A stretch of 60,630 nt of DNA. It comes from an uncultured Candidatus Saccharibacteria bacterium. GTDB taxonomy: Bacteria; Patescibacteriota; Doudnabacteria; UBA920. Of this stretch, positions 44,458 through 54,015 are shown in pieces. Position 1 is the stretch's first letter; every line of letters starts with the position of its first letter. The position numbers and the translations under genes were made by a program. The stretch covers positions 1 through 60,630 of the forward strand of contig CAZFTX010000006.1 in NCBI GenBank assembly GCA_964521955.1, in the 5' to 3' direction. The notes beneath the pieces are model-generated. The model saw only the letters and a program-made list of their open reading frames with translations, did not search any database and was not told the DNA's origin.

Positions 44458-46188
44458 CTACTTTTTTTCTTTTATTTCAGTATTAATCTTTTTAAAAAGT
44501 TCTTCCACAGACATTTGACCTAAGTCTTCGCCTCCGCGGGTTCTTAAACTAACCTGTCCGGAGTCGGCTTCCTTTTGCCCTACAATTACTTGGTAGGGAA
44601 CTTTTTGCATGGAAGATTCACGAATTTTTTTACCTATAGATTCCGGCTTAGCGTTTATTTCAATTCTTAAGTCTTCGTTTTCAGCCATTAACTGCTCGTA
44701 AACTTTTTGAGCATAATCCGCCTGGTTTTCCGAAATTGGTAAAATAGAAATTTGAACAGGGGAGAGCCATAAAGGAAAAGCTCCGGCATAGTGTTCTATT
44801 AAAAGCCCGATAAATCTTTCCAAAGAACCATAAATAACTCTGTGAATAGCAACAGGGGTTTTTCTACTACCGTCTTCGGCAATGTATTCTAAATTAAATC
44901 GTAATGGTTGTTGAAAGTCTAACTGTATCGTACCCATTTGCCATTCTCTACCTAGAGCGTCTTTCATGAGAATATCCACTTTGGGTCCGTAAAAAGCCCC
45001 GTCGCCTTCGGCAACGGTAAACTCACGCCCGCTTTTTTCTAAAATTTTCTTTAAAGAATCTTCGGCTTTGTCCCAAGTCTCCTTTTCACCCATAAATTTT
45101 TCAGGCCGGGTGCCAAGTCTATAACTATACTCAAGTCCGAAAATTCCGTAAAAAAGTTTGGTAATTTCAAAAATATTTTCATATTCAGACTCAATCTGTT
45201 CTTCGCTCACAAAACAGTGAGCGTCGTCCTGCCTAAACTCTCTTACTCTCAAAAGTCCGTTCAAAGAACCGGAGCCTTCGTAGCGATGTAACATGTCTGT
45301 GTCAGAAAACCTTAAAGGCAAGTCTTTGTAGGATCTGAGCTTGTGACCAAAAACCACCATGGCATTTGGACAATTCATAGCTTTAATCCCGTACTCTTCA
45401 CCCTTACCCATGTCGGCTACAAACATATCCGGCCAATAGTGTTCAAAATGCCCCGAAGTTATGTATAACTCTTTTTTATTTAAAAGCGGAGAAACTATTT
45501 CCTGATAATTGCGAACCTTATGTTCTTTTCTCCAAAAATCAATCAATTGATTATACAAAACCATACCCTTTGGTAACCAATAAGGCATACCCGGAGAAGT
45601 ATGATGAAACATAAAAAGCTCCAATTTAGGACCCAAAACTTTATGATCCCTTTTTTCCGCTTCTTCTAACATCTTTAAATGGGCTTCTAACTCTTCCTTA
45701 GTTTCAAAAGCCAAGCCATAAACTCGGGTTAGCATTTTGTTTTTTTCGTCTCCACGCCAGTAAGCACCCGCAAGCTTGTGTAATTTAAAACTTTCAGGAT
45801 GAATTTCTTTCATACTTTCCACGTGTCCACCGCGACAAAGGTCGGTAAACTTCCCGGATTTATAAAAAGTAATTTGCTCACCTTTCTTTTCTAGTTCTTC
45901 AATAAGTTCAAGTTTATAAGGGTTACCTGCCCAATGCTCATTAGCCTCAGCGGGAGTAACTTCTATTTTTTCAAACCTATCCCAAGTTGTAAGCAATTTT
46001 TTCATCTGCTTTTCAAGCTTAAGCAAATCCATTGGGGTCAAAGATTCTTCCAATTCAAAGTCATAGTAAAACCCGTTGTCCACAGGAGGACCAATGGTAA
46101 TTTTGGCCTTAGGGTGCAAGTCTAAAAGCGCTGCAGCAAACAAATGGGCGAGAGAATGTCTTATTTTTGAAAGTTTTTCATTTTCCAT
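44458..46188 (-). CDS. thrS: threonine--tRNA ligase (no TGS domain)
   Basis: HSLAHLFAAAL (SAD HxxxH), class II core (RVREFRQDDAHCF, GTIQLDF), C-terminal anticodon-binding domain. Confidence 0.95.
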   Translation of the reverse strand: MENEKLSKIRHSLAHLFAAALLDLHPKAKITIGPPVDNGFYYDFELEESLTPMDLLKLEKQMKKLLTTWDRFEKIEVTPAEANEHWAGNPYKLELIEELEKKGEQITFYKSGKFTDLCRGGHVESMKEIHPESFKLHKLAGAYWRGDEKNKMLTRVYGLAFETKEELEAHLKMLEEAEKRDHKVLGPKLELFMFHHTSPGMPYWLPKGMVLYNQLIDFWRKEHKVRNYQEIVSPLLNKKELYITSGHFEHYWPDMFVADMGKGEEYGIKAMNCPNAMVVFGHKLRSYKDLPLRFSDTDMLHRYEGSGSLNGLLRVREFRQDDAHCFVSEEQIESEYENIFEITKLFYGIFGLEYSYRLGTRPEKFMGEKETWDKAEDSLKKILEKSGREFTVAEGDGAFYGPKVDILMKDALGREWQMGTIQLDFQQPLRFNLEYIAEDGSRKTPVAIHRVIYGSLERFIGLLIEHYAGAFPLWLSPVQISILPISENQADYAQKVYEQLMAENEDLRIEINAKPESIGKKIRESSMQKVPYQVIVGQKEADSGQVSLRTRGGEDLGQMSVEELFKKINTEIKEKK

Positions 46189-46489
46189 ATATTTTACGAG
46201 ACACTAATGTTACAAATTTCACACTAACAACACTAAATTTATTCGTGTCATTCGCGTATATTCGTAATTTTGTGTCGGTCTAAAAGGAAAACCCCAGGAT
46301 AAGATTATTAAACAAATAATAACCTAATCCTGGGGTCTCGCTCTGCGAGACGTTTCCGTCCCAGTTTTCTTGCTCGTGAAGAACAAGACTTTTCATCTGA
46401 ACAGTCTCTAGAAAAGTTCAGATTTATTGATTCACTTGTTTTCAAACTCCCTTAAGTTGGTAAGCCTAAGGTATTAGCGCTTGAAACTT
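46189..46489 (-). promoter_or_regulatory. ~300-nt structured thrS leader with terminator/antiterminator alternative (T-box-like candidate)
   Basis: On the minus strand: hairpin CCUUAGG-CUUACCAA-CUUAAGG (46450-46471); long hairpin 46382-46440; antiterminator CUGGG...CCCAG (46330-46364); terminator 46281-46335. Confidence 0.55.
46281..46335 (-). terminator. intrinsic terminator inside the thrS leader (attenuator)
   Basis: Minus RNA CCCCAGGAU...AUCCUGGGG followed by UUUUCCUUUU, about 95 nt upstream of the thrS ATG. Confidence 0.7.
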
Positions 46490-46495
46490 AAAAAT

Positions 46496-46524
46496 ATTAT
46501 AACATAGTAGTATTCCCATATCAA
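46496..46524 (-). promoter_or_regulatory. thrS promoter
   Basis: Minus strand: TTGATA (46524-46519), 17 nt, TATAAT (46501-46496). Confidence 0.65.
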
Positions 46525-46567
46525 GTATAGTTTTCCACATGGTTTTTTATAAATTCCTCTTACTTAT

Positions 46568-46596
46568 TTGACTTTTTTTACTCCCCACGCTAGTCT
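46568..46596 (+). promoter_or_regulatory. possible promoter of GC-rich cassette C
   Basis: TTGACT (46568-46573), 17 nt, TAGTCT (46591-46596). The -10 is weak. Confidence 0.35.
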
Positions 46597-46624
46597 GGGC
46601 GAGAGAGGAGACAGAGGTGACTCA

Positions 46625-46732
46625 ATGTCACAACCAATAAGCAATAAGTCATTCGCGTTGGTGATGCTTGCATCAATTGGTGTTTTTTTGATGACAATCG
46701 CCGTCAAGCATGGCTGGATCAAACTAACGTAG
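46625..46732 (+). CDS. 35-aa single-TM peptide ORF (cassette C)
   Basis: AGAGGTGA (46613-46620) sits 4 nt before ATG 46625. MSQPISNKSFALVMLASIGVFLMTIAVKHGWIKLT. Confidence 0.5.
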   Translation: MSQPISNKSFALVMLASIGVFLMTIAVKHGWIKLT

Positions 46733-46760
46733 GAGGAAACACTCCACGAAAACTAAAACA

Positions 46761-46860
46761 AACCGCATCCCCAAGAAACTACACTTGGGGAAGACCCGCA
46801 GCTATCTCATCTGCTTGGCTTAAGGCAAAGCAGAAGGGACGGTTGCGGTTCTTATTTTTT
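46761..46860 (+). terminator. branched structured 3' region ending in an intrinsic terminator (cassette C)
   Basis: Closing stem AACCGCA (46761-46767) / TGCGGTT (46844-46850) encloses hairpins CCCC...GGGG and CTGCTT...AAGCAG. Followed by CTTATTTTTT. Confidence 0.6.
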
Positions 46861-46901
46861 CATTACATCAGTGTATCTGTTTTTAATCAGTGTATCAGTG
46901 G

Positions 46902-49900
46902 CTACATGACTTCAACCTTACTTACCGTACTTACTTTTCTAAGCTCAGCCACAAGTTCAGTACTGGCGCGAACTTGGCTTTGAGTTTTTATGATTTTTGC
47001 ATTTTGCCCAATCCCGACTGACAAGTAAACCGGGGCTTGGCCTGGAAATTTTAACAAAATATTTTTTATTTCATTTAAAGCATCCATATTAGAAAGACTA
47101 GACACAAAAATAGTTAATTTAATAGTTTTTTCTTTTTCAGAAAGCGCGCTTTTATAAACCTCGTCATTTGGTAACTCCCTAACTTCGTCCGCAATGAGTT
47201 TAAACTCCTCATCTTTTTCTGAAAGCCTCCCTGTAACTTCGATTATTTTGTCATTTTCTAAAAAGGCTGAAGCTTTTTCTATAATTTTTGGAAAAACCAA
47301 AACCTCTAAACTACCCGTACGGTCTGCCAACGTAAAAAATGCCATAGGTTCGTTTTTTTTAGTCATTGTTCTTTTAAGTTTTGAAATAATTCCCCCAAGT
47401 TTTACCTGTGCGCCTATTTGACCCTCAGTTAAAGCTTTAATGTTATCCATAGCTGAAAACACGGTCATATAGCTATCCAATGGATGAGCGGAAACAAACA
47501 TACCTAAGTGCTCTTTTTCCCAAGCAAGTTTTTCTTCTTTAGTTGCCGGAGGAACTTCCCTCAAAGTTAGCCTACCAAACTGAATATCTTTACTAAAAAG
47601 CGAACTCTGACCGGCATCCTGGCTTTTGTAGTGTTCACGCACAAAAGCCAAAGCTTCTTCGGTGTTGCCTAAAAGTTTACCCCTTTCACCAAAAGCGTCC
47701 AAAGCTCCGGACTTTACTAAGGCTTCCCAAGAACGTTTGTTAAAACTTTTAACATGGCAACGAATTAGAAAGTCTTCTAAGGATTCAAAAGGTTTTAACT
47801 GGGCAGAGTCTTCAATTTTTCTGGCACTAATAATTTTTGCAATAACGTCACTGCCTAAATTTTTAACTGCATTTAAACCAAACCGAATAGTCTTTTCATT
47901 TACAACAGTAAAGTCGGAAAAAGACTCGCTAACGTCCGGCGGTAACACTTGTATTTTAAGCTGTTTACACTCTTCTACCGCTTCGTTAATTTTGTCTTCA
48001 TCACCGCTTTCCGCAGTCATTAAAGCTGCCATAAATTCCACAGGAAAGTTGGCTTTCATGTAAGCGGTTTGGTAAGAAACCACTGCGTAAGAAGCAGAGT
48101 GAGCTTTGTTAAAACCATATGCAGCAAAAGGTTCTATCCAGGCCCAAATTTCATCTGCCTTAGCATGGCTCCAGTTAGAAGTCTTCATACACCCTTGGAT
48201 AAACTTAATTTTCTGTTTAGCCATTTCTTCTGGAATTTTCTTACCAACCGCTTTTCTAAACTTGTCGACCTCTTCCCAAGTATAACCTGCCAAGTCATGA
48301 GCAATAGTTAAAAGGTCGTCTTGATATATTAAAACCCCGGAAGTACGATGTAGAATCTTTTCCAAAGCCGGATCTAGATAACGAATAGCTTTGGGATTAT
48401 GTTTTCGCTTAATATAATCCGGAATAAACTGCATTGGACCCGGACGGTAAAGGGCGATCATGGCCATAACGTCAAAAATTGAACTTGGTTTTAATTCCCT
48501 TAAGTACCTCGTCATACCTGAAGAACCCATTTGAAAAACACCAAAAGTTAATCCTTTAGACAAAAGTTCGAAAGTTTTTTTGTCAGGATGGGGGAGATTG
48601 TAAATATCCACCTCTTTTTGGTGTCTAAATCTTACCTGGTTAACCGCGGCTTCCAAAATGGAAAGGTTGCGAATACCTAACAAATCCATTTTAACCACAC
48701 CAATAGCCTTAGTGTTAGCATTCACATCTAGGGCATACATGTCGTACTGAGTTATAATTCTTTCCCCATCAGGCTCTTTTTGAAGCGGCATATAGTCAGT
48801 TAAGTCTGTTGGTGTAATTACCAAACCTGCAGCATGAACCGAGGCATGCCTGGCACAACCTTCTAATTTTTTTGCAATATCAATAACATGCTTAGTCTCC
48901 GGGTCAAACTCATAAACTTCTTTTAGTTCTTTGTTTATACCCAAAGCTTTTTCTATAGTCATCTGAAAGCCTTGTTTGCCCAAAGGAATCATTTTTGCTA
49001 TTCGGTCACATTTTGAATAAGAAACTCCCAAAGCCCGGCCAACGTCTCTAACCGCTGCCCTTGCCATCATGGTTCCGAAAGTTATAATCTGTGCCACCTT
49101 TTCTTTGCCATAGCGATTTGTTATATAAGAAATAGCTTCATCCCTGCGATTATCCGCAATGTCCAAGTCGATATCCGGGGGAGTGGGTCTATGCATGGTT
49201 AAAAAACGTTCAAAAGGCAATTCGTAATACAGCGGATCAACATTCGTAATACCCAAAATTTTTCCCACAATACTTCCGGCAGCGCTACCTCTTGTGTTAG
49301 TAATAGCACCAACTTTGTGAGCACCTTCAACAATATCTGCCACCATCAAAAAGTAAGTGTCAAAACCTTTTTGACAAATAATATTCAACTCATAGTCTAT
49401 TCGGGTCTTTATTTCCGGCGGAATGACACCGTCCTTACCATACAAAGGCAATGCCTTCTCGTAAGTTTGTTCTATTAAAAACTGCTGAGTAGTTTTACCA
49501 GTAGGAACTTCAACTTTTGGGAAATAACGTTGGTCAGTCTTTATTTCCATACTGCATAAATCGGCAATTTTTTGCGTGTTACTCACAGCTTCAGGTATGT
49601 CGGAAAAAAGTTCCAACATTCTACTTTCACTTTTCAAAGACAAGTCGTAGCCACGCATGTCTAAACGGTTGAGGTCAGTTACAGTTCTACCTGTTCCAAT
49701 ACAAACCATAACATCCTGGGCTTCCGAGTCTTCCGGGTAAATATAATGACAGTCAGATGTGGCAACAACGTCTAAATTATTATTTTTTGCTAAAACCATT
49801 AACCTCTGATTTAAAAGTTCTTCTTTTTCGTCTTTTTCTCTTGAATTGCGCTGTAATTCTATGTATAAATTTTCTTTACCAAAAATATTTAAATATTTTT

Positions 49901-50375
49901 CTAAAGTTTCTTGAAGCTTTTCGCCATTACCATTCAAAGCAGCTCTTGCAATCTCGCCTCTTTGACAGCCTGAAAGACAAATTAAGCCCTGACTATAAGT
50001 CTTTAAAGTCTCTAAATCAAAACGAGGTTTGTAATAAAAACCGTCCAAATGAGCTTTGGTGGTTAGTATTAATAAATTCTGGTAACCTTGTTCGTTTTTT
50101 GAAAGAAGTGTTAGGTGGTAATAGTCATTGTCAATTTTTGATTCTTTGTCTGCCATGGAGCGAATGGAAATATAGGCCTCTAAACCAATAATAGGCTTAA
50201 TACCTTCCTCCTTACAACGATTATAGAACTCTAAAGCCCCATACATAACCCCATGGTCGGTCATTGCTAAAGCATTCATACCTAACTCCTTAGCACGACT
50301 AACAAGCGGGTCAATCTTGGAAAGACCGTCTAAAAGAGAAAAATGAGTATGGCAATGAAGGTGGGTAAAAGGCAT
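46902..50375 (-). CDS. dnaE: DNA polymerase III alpha subunit
   Basis: PHP domain (FTHLHCHTHFSLLDG), palm/fingers (GVVKMDLLG, FGVFQ), OB-fold C-terminus. 1157 aa. Confidence 0.97.
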   Translation of the reverse strand: MPFTHLHCHTHFSLLDGLSKIDPLVSRAKELGMNALAMTDHGVMYGALEFYNRCKEEGIKPIIGLEAYISIRSMADKESKIDNDYYHLTLLSKNEQGYQNLLILTTKAHLDGFYYKPRFDLETLKTYSQGLICLSGCQRGEIARAALNGNGEKLQETLEKYLNIFGKENLYIELQRNSREKDEKEELLNQRLMVLAKNNNLDVVATSDCHYIYPEDSEAQDVMVCIGTGRTVTDLNRLDMRGYDLSLKSESRMLELFSDIPEAVSNTQKIADLCSMEIKTDQRYFPKVEVPTGKTTQQFLIEQTYEKALPLYGKDGVIPPEIKTRIDYELNIICQKGFDTYFLMVADIVEGAHKVGAITNTRGSAAGSIVGKILGITNVDPLYYELPFERFLTMHRPTPPDIDLDIADNRRDEAISYITNRYGKEKVAQIITFGTMMARAAVRDVGRALGVSYSKCDRIAKMIPLGKQGFQMTIEKALGINKELKEVYEFDPETKHVIDIAKKLEGCARHASVHAAGLVITPTDLTDYMPLQKEPDGERIITQYDMYALDVNANTKAIGVVKMDLLGIRNLSILEAAVNQVRFRHQKEVDIYNLPHPDKKTFELLSKGLTFGVFQMGSSGMTRYLRELKPSSIFDVMAMIALYRPGPMQFIPDYIKRKHNPKAIRYLDPALEKILHRTSGVLIYQDDLLTIAHDLAGYTWEEVDKFRKAVGKKIPEEMAKQKIKFIQGCMKTSNWSHAKADEIWAWIEPFAAYGFNKAHSASYAVVSYQTAYMKANFPVEFMAALMTAESGDEDKINEAVEECKQLKIQVLPPDVSESFSDFTVVNEKTIRFGLNAVKNLGSDVIAKIISARKIEDSAQLKPFESLEDFLIRCHVKSFNKRSWEALVKSGALDAFGERGKLLGNTEEALAFVREHYKSQDAGQSSLFSKDIQFGRLTLREVPPATKEEKLAWEKEHLGMFVSAHPLDSYMTVFSAMDNIKALTEGQIGAQVKLGGIISKLKRTMTKKNEPMAFFTLADRTGSLEVLVFPKIIEKASAFLENDKIIEVTGRLSEKDEEFKLIADEVRELPNDEVYKSALSEKEKTIKLTIFVSSLSNMDALNEIKNILLKFPGQAPVYLSVGIGQNAKIIKTQSQVRASTELVAELRKVSTVSKVEVM

Positions 50376-50585
50376 GACCGCAGGTACACAGATTTACGCA
50401 GATTACACTGATATAAAAGTAACTATCAGTGATTATCAGTGATTAAAGATCTGTGGATAGCATACCAAAAATAGACTGATCTTGCTATAATAAATACATA
50501 ATACGAATAATCCTAATTCTGTCCGAATGATACTAATGTTTTATTCGGAGAATTAGTATATAATTCGAATCATTAGGATTATGTC

Positions 50586-51476
50586 ATGTCGTTACTTAAA
50601 GACAAAATTGAATTAGAAGTTCAAGAAACTGAACTGAAAATCCAAAATCAGTTTATTCAATTTCCTGCTTGGATAAAAGCAGTTGTTTTAATTTGTATAT
50701 TAGGGCTTATTCCGGGATATTTTAGTGCCAAGTATATTTCTTATGCTTACTATAAAAACGAATACAAACAATATCTGGTAGAAGCCAAGCCCAGTTTTAC
50801 AGAAAGCCAAGAAGTAAAGATCTCAAAAAACCAAGTAATCATACTCGGGCAGGGTTTTTATTCTGCCTTAGCCTTTATTGAAAACCCAAACTTGGATTTA
50901 TCTATTAAAAACCTAAACTACGAATTCAAATTCTACAACTCACAAAACCAGGAAATTTTTCCGATAAGTGGTTCGGAAAAAGGAAGTCTTGAGCTTTTGC
51001 CAAACCAATCAAAATATATTATTGCTCCTAGAATTACTTCTTTAGAAAACATAGCCGTTACCAAACTAGAAATTATTGGTAAACCCTTGTGGCAAAAAAA
51101 ACTTGAGATCCCTAAAGTACAACTGACTGCCACAGCTTCTAACTTTAGTAGTCAGCTTATTCCTTTAAACTTTTCCGTTGAAGCCTCTCTCGTTAATCAA
51201 AGCCCTTATAGTTTAAAACAGGTGAGTTTAAAGTTTTTAGTTTACGACAGGTTCGGTAAAGTCATTGCAGTCAGTAGAAGAGAAGAATTTTCTATGAAAC
51301 CCTATGAAAGAAGGACTGTTAAACAAGACTGGCCGGGTTTTTACACCAATTCTGCCTTTAAAGTCGACGTTTTTGCTGAAACAGAAAGTTTAAATTCGGA
51401 AAATTTAGAAGCGCCTAAAAATAATTCCACAAACAACTCTTCCGATCTAGACAGACCTAATATTAACCCCTTCTAA
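50586..51476 (+). CDS. membrane-anchored hypothetical protein
   Basis: 296 aa with one TM helix (AVVLICILGLIPGYF). Its stop overlaps the start of the SEDS gene (ATG 51476). Confidence 0.5.
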   Translation: MSLLKDKIELEVQETELKIQNQFIQFPAWIKAVVLICILGLIPGYFSAKYISYAYYKNEYKQYLVEAKPSFTESQEVKISKNQVIILGQGFYSALAFIENPNLDLSIKNLNYEFKFYNSQNQEIFPISGSEKGSLELLPNQSKYIIAPRITSLENIAVTKLEIIGKPLWQKKLEIPKVQLTATASNFSSQLIPLNFSVEASLVNQSPYSLKQVSLKFLVYDRFGKVIAVSRREEFSMKPYERRTVKQDWPGFYTNSAFKVDVFAETESLNSENLEAPKNNSTNNSSDLDRPNINPF

Positions 51477-52576
51477 TGTTAAAACTTTTCTCAAAACTTA
51501 AGTATTTCGACTCACCTTTACTCTTAGACATTCTTTTACTTTCTTTTGCAGGCCTCGCCTTACTTTACAGTTCTTCTCTTTCAAGCGAAAACACACAACT
51601 GTTCTGGAGACAGGTTGTTTTTTTTGTCGCAGGTATTTTTGTTTACCTGTTTTTTTCTTTCTTTAACTATCACACTTTAGCTAAAACTAACCGAATCTAC
51701 TATGTATTTATGATTGGGATTTTGACCTACTTGCTAATTTTCGGGTCCCTAATCCGAGGAGGTAGAAGATGGATAGACTTAGGATTTTTTCGCTTTCAGC
51801 CGGCAGAATTTGTTAAACTTGCTATCATCCTAGGCTTAGCCAGACTACTTTACTTACGCCGAGGACAAATTAATTCCTGGAAAAATATTATTTGGTCATT
51901 TATTTATGTTGCCATCCCCGCGGGCCTGGTTTTGTTAGAACCTGACTTAGGTTCGGCTTTGATTATTTTTGGTATATGGGCAGGAGTTCTACTTATCAGC
52001 CCTATTAAAAAAAAGTTTTTAGTCATAATTTTTCTGTGTTTTGTGATAGCCAGCGGCACAACTTGGAAATTCTTTTTAAAAGACTTTCAAAAAGACCGTA
52101 TTATGGTTTTTATAAATCCGGAACTAGACCCCCGTGGTAGAGGGTACAACGTTAGACAGGCAGCTATTGCCGTAGGCAGTGGACAGTTGTTTGGAAGAGG
52201 TTTAGGAAATGGCCTTCAAAGTCAAAACAAGTTCTTACCGGAAAGACAAACTGACTTTATTTTTGCCGCCGCCAGTGAAGAAGTGGGTTTTGTTGGCAGT
52301 TTTTCTATTATATTTTTATATTTCTTTTTACTTTATAGACTTTTGGTAATAATGCGTCGAGCCAAAGACGACCTGGGTATGTACATAGCAGGAGGAGTGT
52401 TTTTCTTTTTATTTTTTCATGTTCTCATAAACATTGGCATGAATGTAGGTATCTTACCTGTGACCGGTATACCTTTGCCTTTTATGAGCGCCGGTGGTAG
52501 CTCCCTTATTTTAACCTTCGCCGCATTAGGCGTAGCCCAAAACGTAGCAATGCAATCTAAAGTTTTAAGATTTTAA
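51476..52576 (+). CDS. SEDS-family peptidoglycan polymerase (RodA/FtsW)
   Basis: QPAEFVKLA, EPDLGSAL, GRGLGNG.Q...LPE..TDFIFA, LPVTGIPLPFMSAGGSS. Confidence 0.9.
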   Translation: MLKLFSKLKYFDSPLLLDILLLSFAGLALLYSSSLSSENTQLFWRQVVFFVAGIFVYLFFSFFNYHTLAKTNRIYYVFMIGILTYLLIFGSLIRGGRRWIDLGFFRFQPAEFVKLAIILGLARLLYLRRGQINSWKNIIWSFIYVAIPAGLVLLEPDLGSALIIFGIWAGVLLISPIKKKFLVIIFLCFVIASGTTWKFFLKDFQKDRIMVFINPELDPRGRGYNVRQAAIAVGSGQLFGRGLGNGLQSQNKFLPERQTDFIFAAASEEVGFVGSFSIIFLYFFLLYRLLVIMRRAKDDLGMYIAGGVFFFLFFHVLINIGMNVGILPVTGIPLPFMSAGGSSLILTFAALGVAQNVAMQSKVLRF

Positions 52577-52600
52577 AAGCCGGCAAACAAATGGGCTTTT
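52575..52600 (+). terminator. hairpin/terminator after the SEDS gene
   Basis: AAAAGCC...GGCTTTT stem with the T run in the 3' arm. Confidence 0.5.
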
Positions 52601-52608
52601 GAAATAAA

Positions 52609-52636
52609 TTGACTACATATATAGCTCCTGTATAAT
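52609..52636 (+). promoter_or_regulatory. promoter with ~100-nt structured leader for the 52744 gene
   Basis: TTGACT (52609-52614), 16 nt, TATAAT (52631-52636). Confidence 0.55.
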
Positions 52637-52743
52637 AAATATATAATTGATCACCAATGCGTAGAGTATTATTTACGCTTGGAATGAAGGGTTTACCTAG
52701 GTAGAGCTCTTAGAGAGATTCTACACGGGTTGATATACTTAGG

Positions 52744-53112
52744 ATGATAAACGGATTTGATCTAAAAAAAGTTATGGAATGGCTAGGTTTAGTTTTAAAA
52801 TGCCCAATTTGTGGAAACAAATATAAAACCGAGCACACCAAAATAATGGAAACCGAACAAAATGAAAATTTTGGAGAAGCTCAAATTCTAATCCATTCCG
52901 ACTGTAGTAAGTGTAAAAGCTCAGTAATGTTTAACATTGAAATACGCGGTCCGGAAGTTTTCAGTGTTGGTATGGTAACGGACCTCACCCAAAAAGACAG
53001 TGCTACCTTTAAAAATAAAGCACCCATTTCTCCCAACGAAGTTATTGGTATCCACAAAGCTCTAAAAGGCTTTAAAGGAAACTTGGCAGAACTCCTTAAA
53101 GGCAAGCAATAA
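52744..53112 (+). CDS. small zinc-ribbon protein (hypothetical)
   Basis: CPICGNKY ... CSKCKSS four-Cys pattern. 122 aa. Confidence 0.5.
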   Translation: MINGFDLKKVMEWLGLVLKCPICGNKYKTEHTKIMETEQNENFGEAQILIHSDCSKCKSSVMFNIEIRGPEVFSVGMVTDLTQKDSATFKNKAPISPNEVIGIHKALKGFKGNLAELLKGKQ

Positions 53113-53116
53113 AAAA

Positions 53117-53188
53117 CAAATTATTCTAATTGACCTAATTTCTAATTGTTCTAAAGTTTAGGGTAATTAGAACAATTAGGTTAATTTC
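53117..53188 (+). repeat. ~72-bp palindromic miniature element (copy 2)
   Basis: Same terminal 15-mers as 36088-36163. Internal perfect stem TAATTGTTCTA / TAGAACAATTA. Confidence 0.7.
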
Positions 53189-53268
53189 AAGCATGCTCAC
53201 TTAAAAAAGACCTTGAATCTTCAGGGAACTTTTTTTGTTTTATCACATTTTGATTATTCAACAGCCTC

Positions 53269-53297
53269 TTGCCAAAAAACCCAAACTAATGTATAAT
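53269..53297 (+). promoter_or_regulatory. rplY promoter
   Basis: TTGCCA (53269-53274), 17 nt, TATAAT (53292-53297), with TG immediately 5' of the -10. Confidence 0.65.
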
Positions 53298-53330
53298 TTT
53301 TAAGTTAATTTATAATATTTATTCACAAAT

Positions 53331-54008
53331 ATGACAGGTTCTAAAGAAACTATTGAACTTAAAGCACAAATCAGAGAAACAACTAGCCAGGCGGATAAAC
53401 TAAGAAAGCAAGGTTTAATTCCTGCTGTACTTTACGGTCACAACATTAAAAACTTGCTTTTAACTTTAAACTTAGGTGAGTTTGAAAAAACTTATAAAAA
53501 AGCAGGCGAAAGCACCATTGTAAACCTTGAAGCTACTGACGGCAAAAAACATTCGGTACTTATCCAAGATGTTCAGTTCCACCACTTAACTTCTAAACCC
53601 ACTCACGTAGACTTTTACGAAGTTAGCATGACAGAAAAACTCAAGGCTAAAGTTGCTTTAGAGTTTATAGGTGAAGCCAAAGCTGTAAAACAACTTGGCG
53701 GTGTTTTAGTTAAAACCTTAAACGAAATAGAAGTACAGTGTTTACCAGCTGACCTCCCTCATAACATTGAAGTAGATATTTCTAAACTTGAAACTTTCCA
53801 AGACTCAATTCATGTCAAAGATTTAAGTGTTTCCTCTAAAGTGGAAATTTTAACCAAACCTGAAGAAATGATCGCCAAAATCCAGCCTCCTCGTGACGTT
53901 GAAGCTGAACTTAAGACTGAAATTAAAGAAGACGTTGAAGCTGTTATTGCCGCTTCTACCGAAAAACCGACAGAAGAAGAATCTGCTGAAGAAACAAAAA
54001 AAGAGTAA
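53331..54008 (+). CDS. rplY: 50S ribosomal protein L25 / Ctc form
   Basis: LRKQGLIPAVLYG, QDVQFHHL....HVDFYEV, acidic C-terminal tail. Confidence 0.85.
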   Translation: MTGSKETIELKAQIRETTSQADKLRKQGLIPAVLYGHNIKNLLLTLNLGEFEKTYKKAGESTIVNLEATDGKKHSVLIQDVQFHHLTSKPTHVDFYEVSMTEKLKAKVALEFIGEAKAVKQLGGVLVKTLNEIEVQCLPADLPHNIEVDISKLETFQDSIHVKDLSVSSKVEILTKPEEMIAKIQPPRDVEAELKTEIKEDVEAVIAASTEKPTEEESAEETKKE

Positions 54009-54015
54009 ACTTTTT

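Noticed and set aside
50376-50585. Possible CRISPR-like or tandem-repeat array in the word-rich spacers (also 46200-46270 and 58194-58275)
   Set aside because: The repeats are only 7-12 nt, irregularly spaced, and lack unique spacers of constant length. No cas genes are present.
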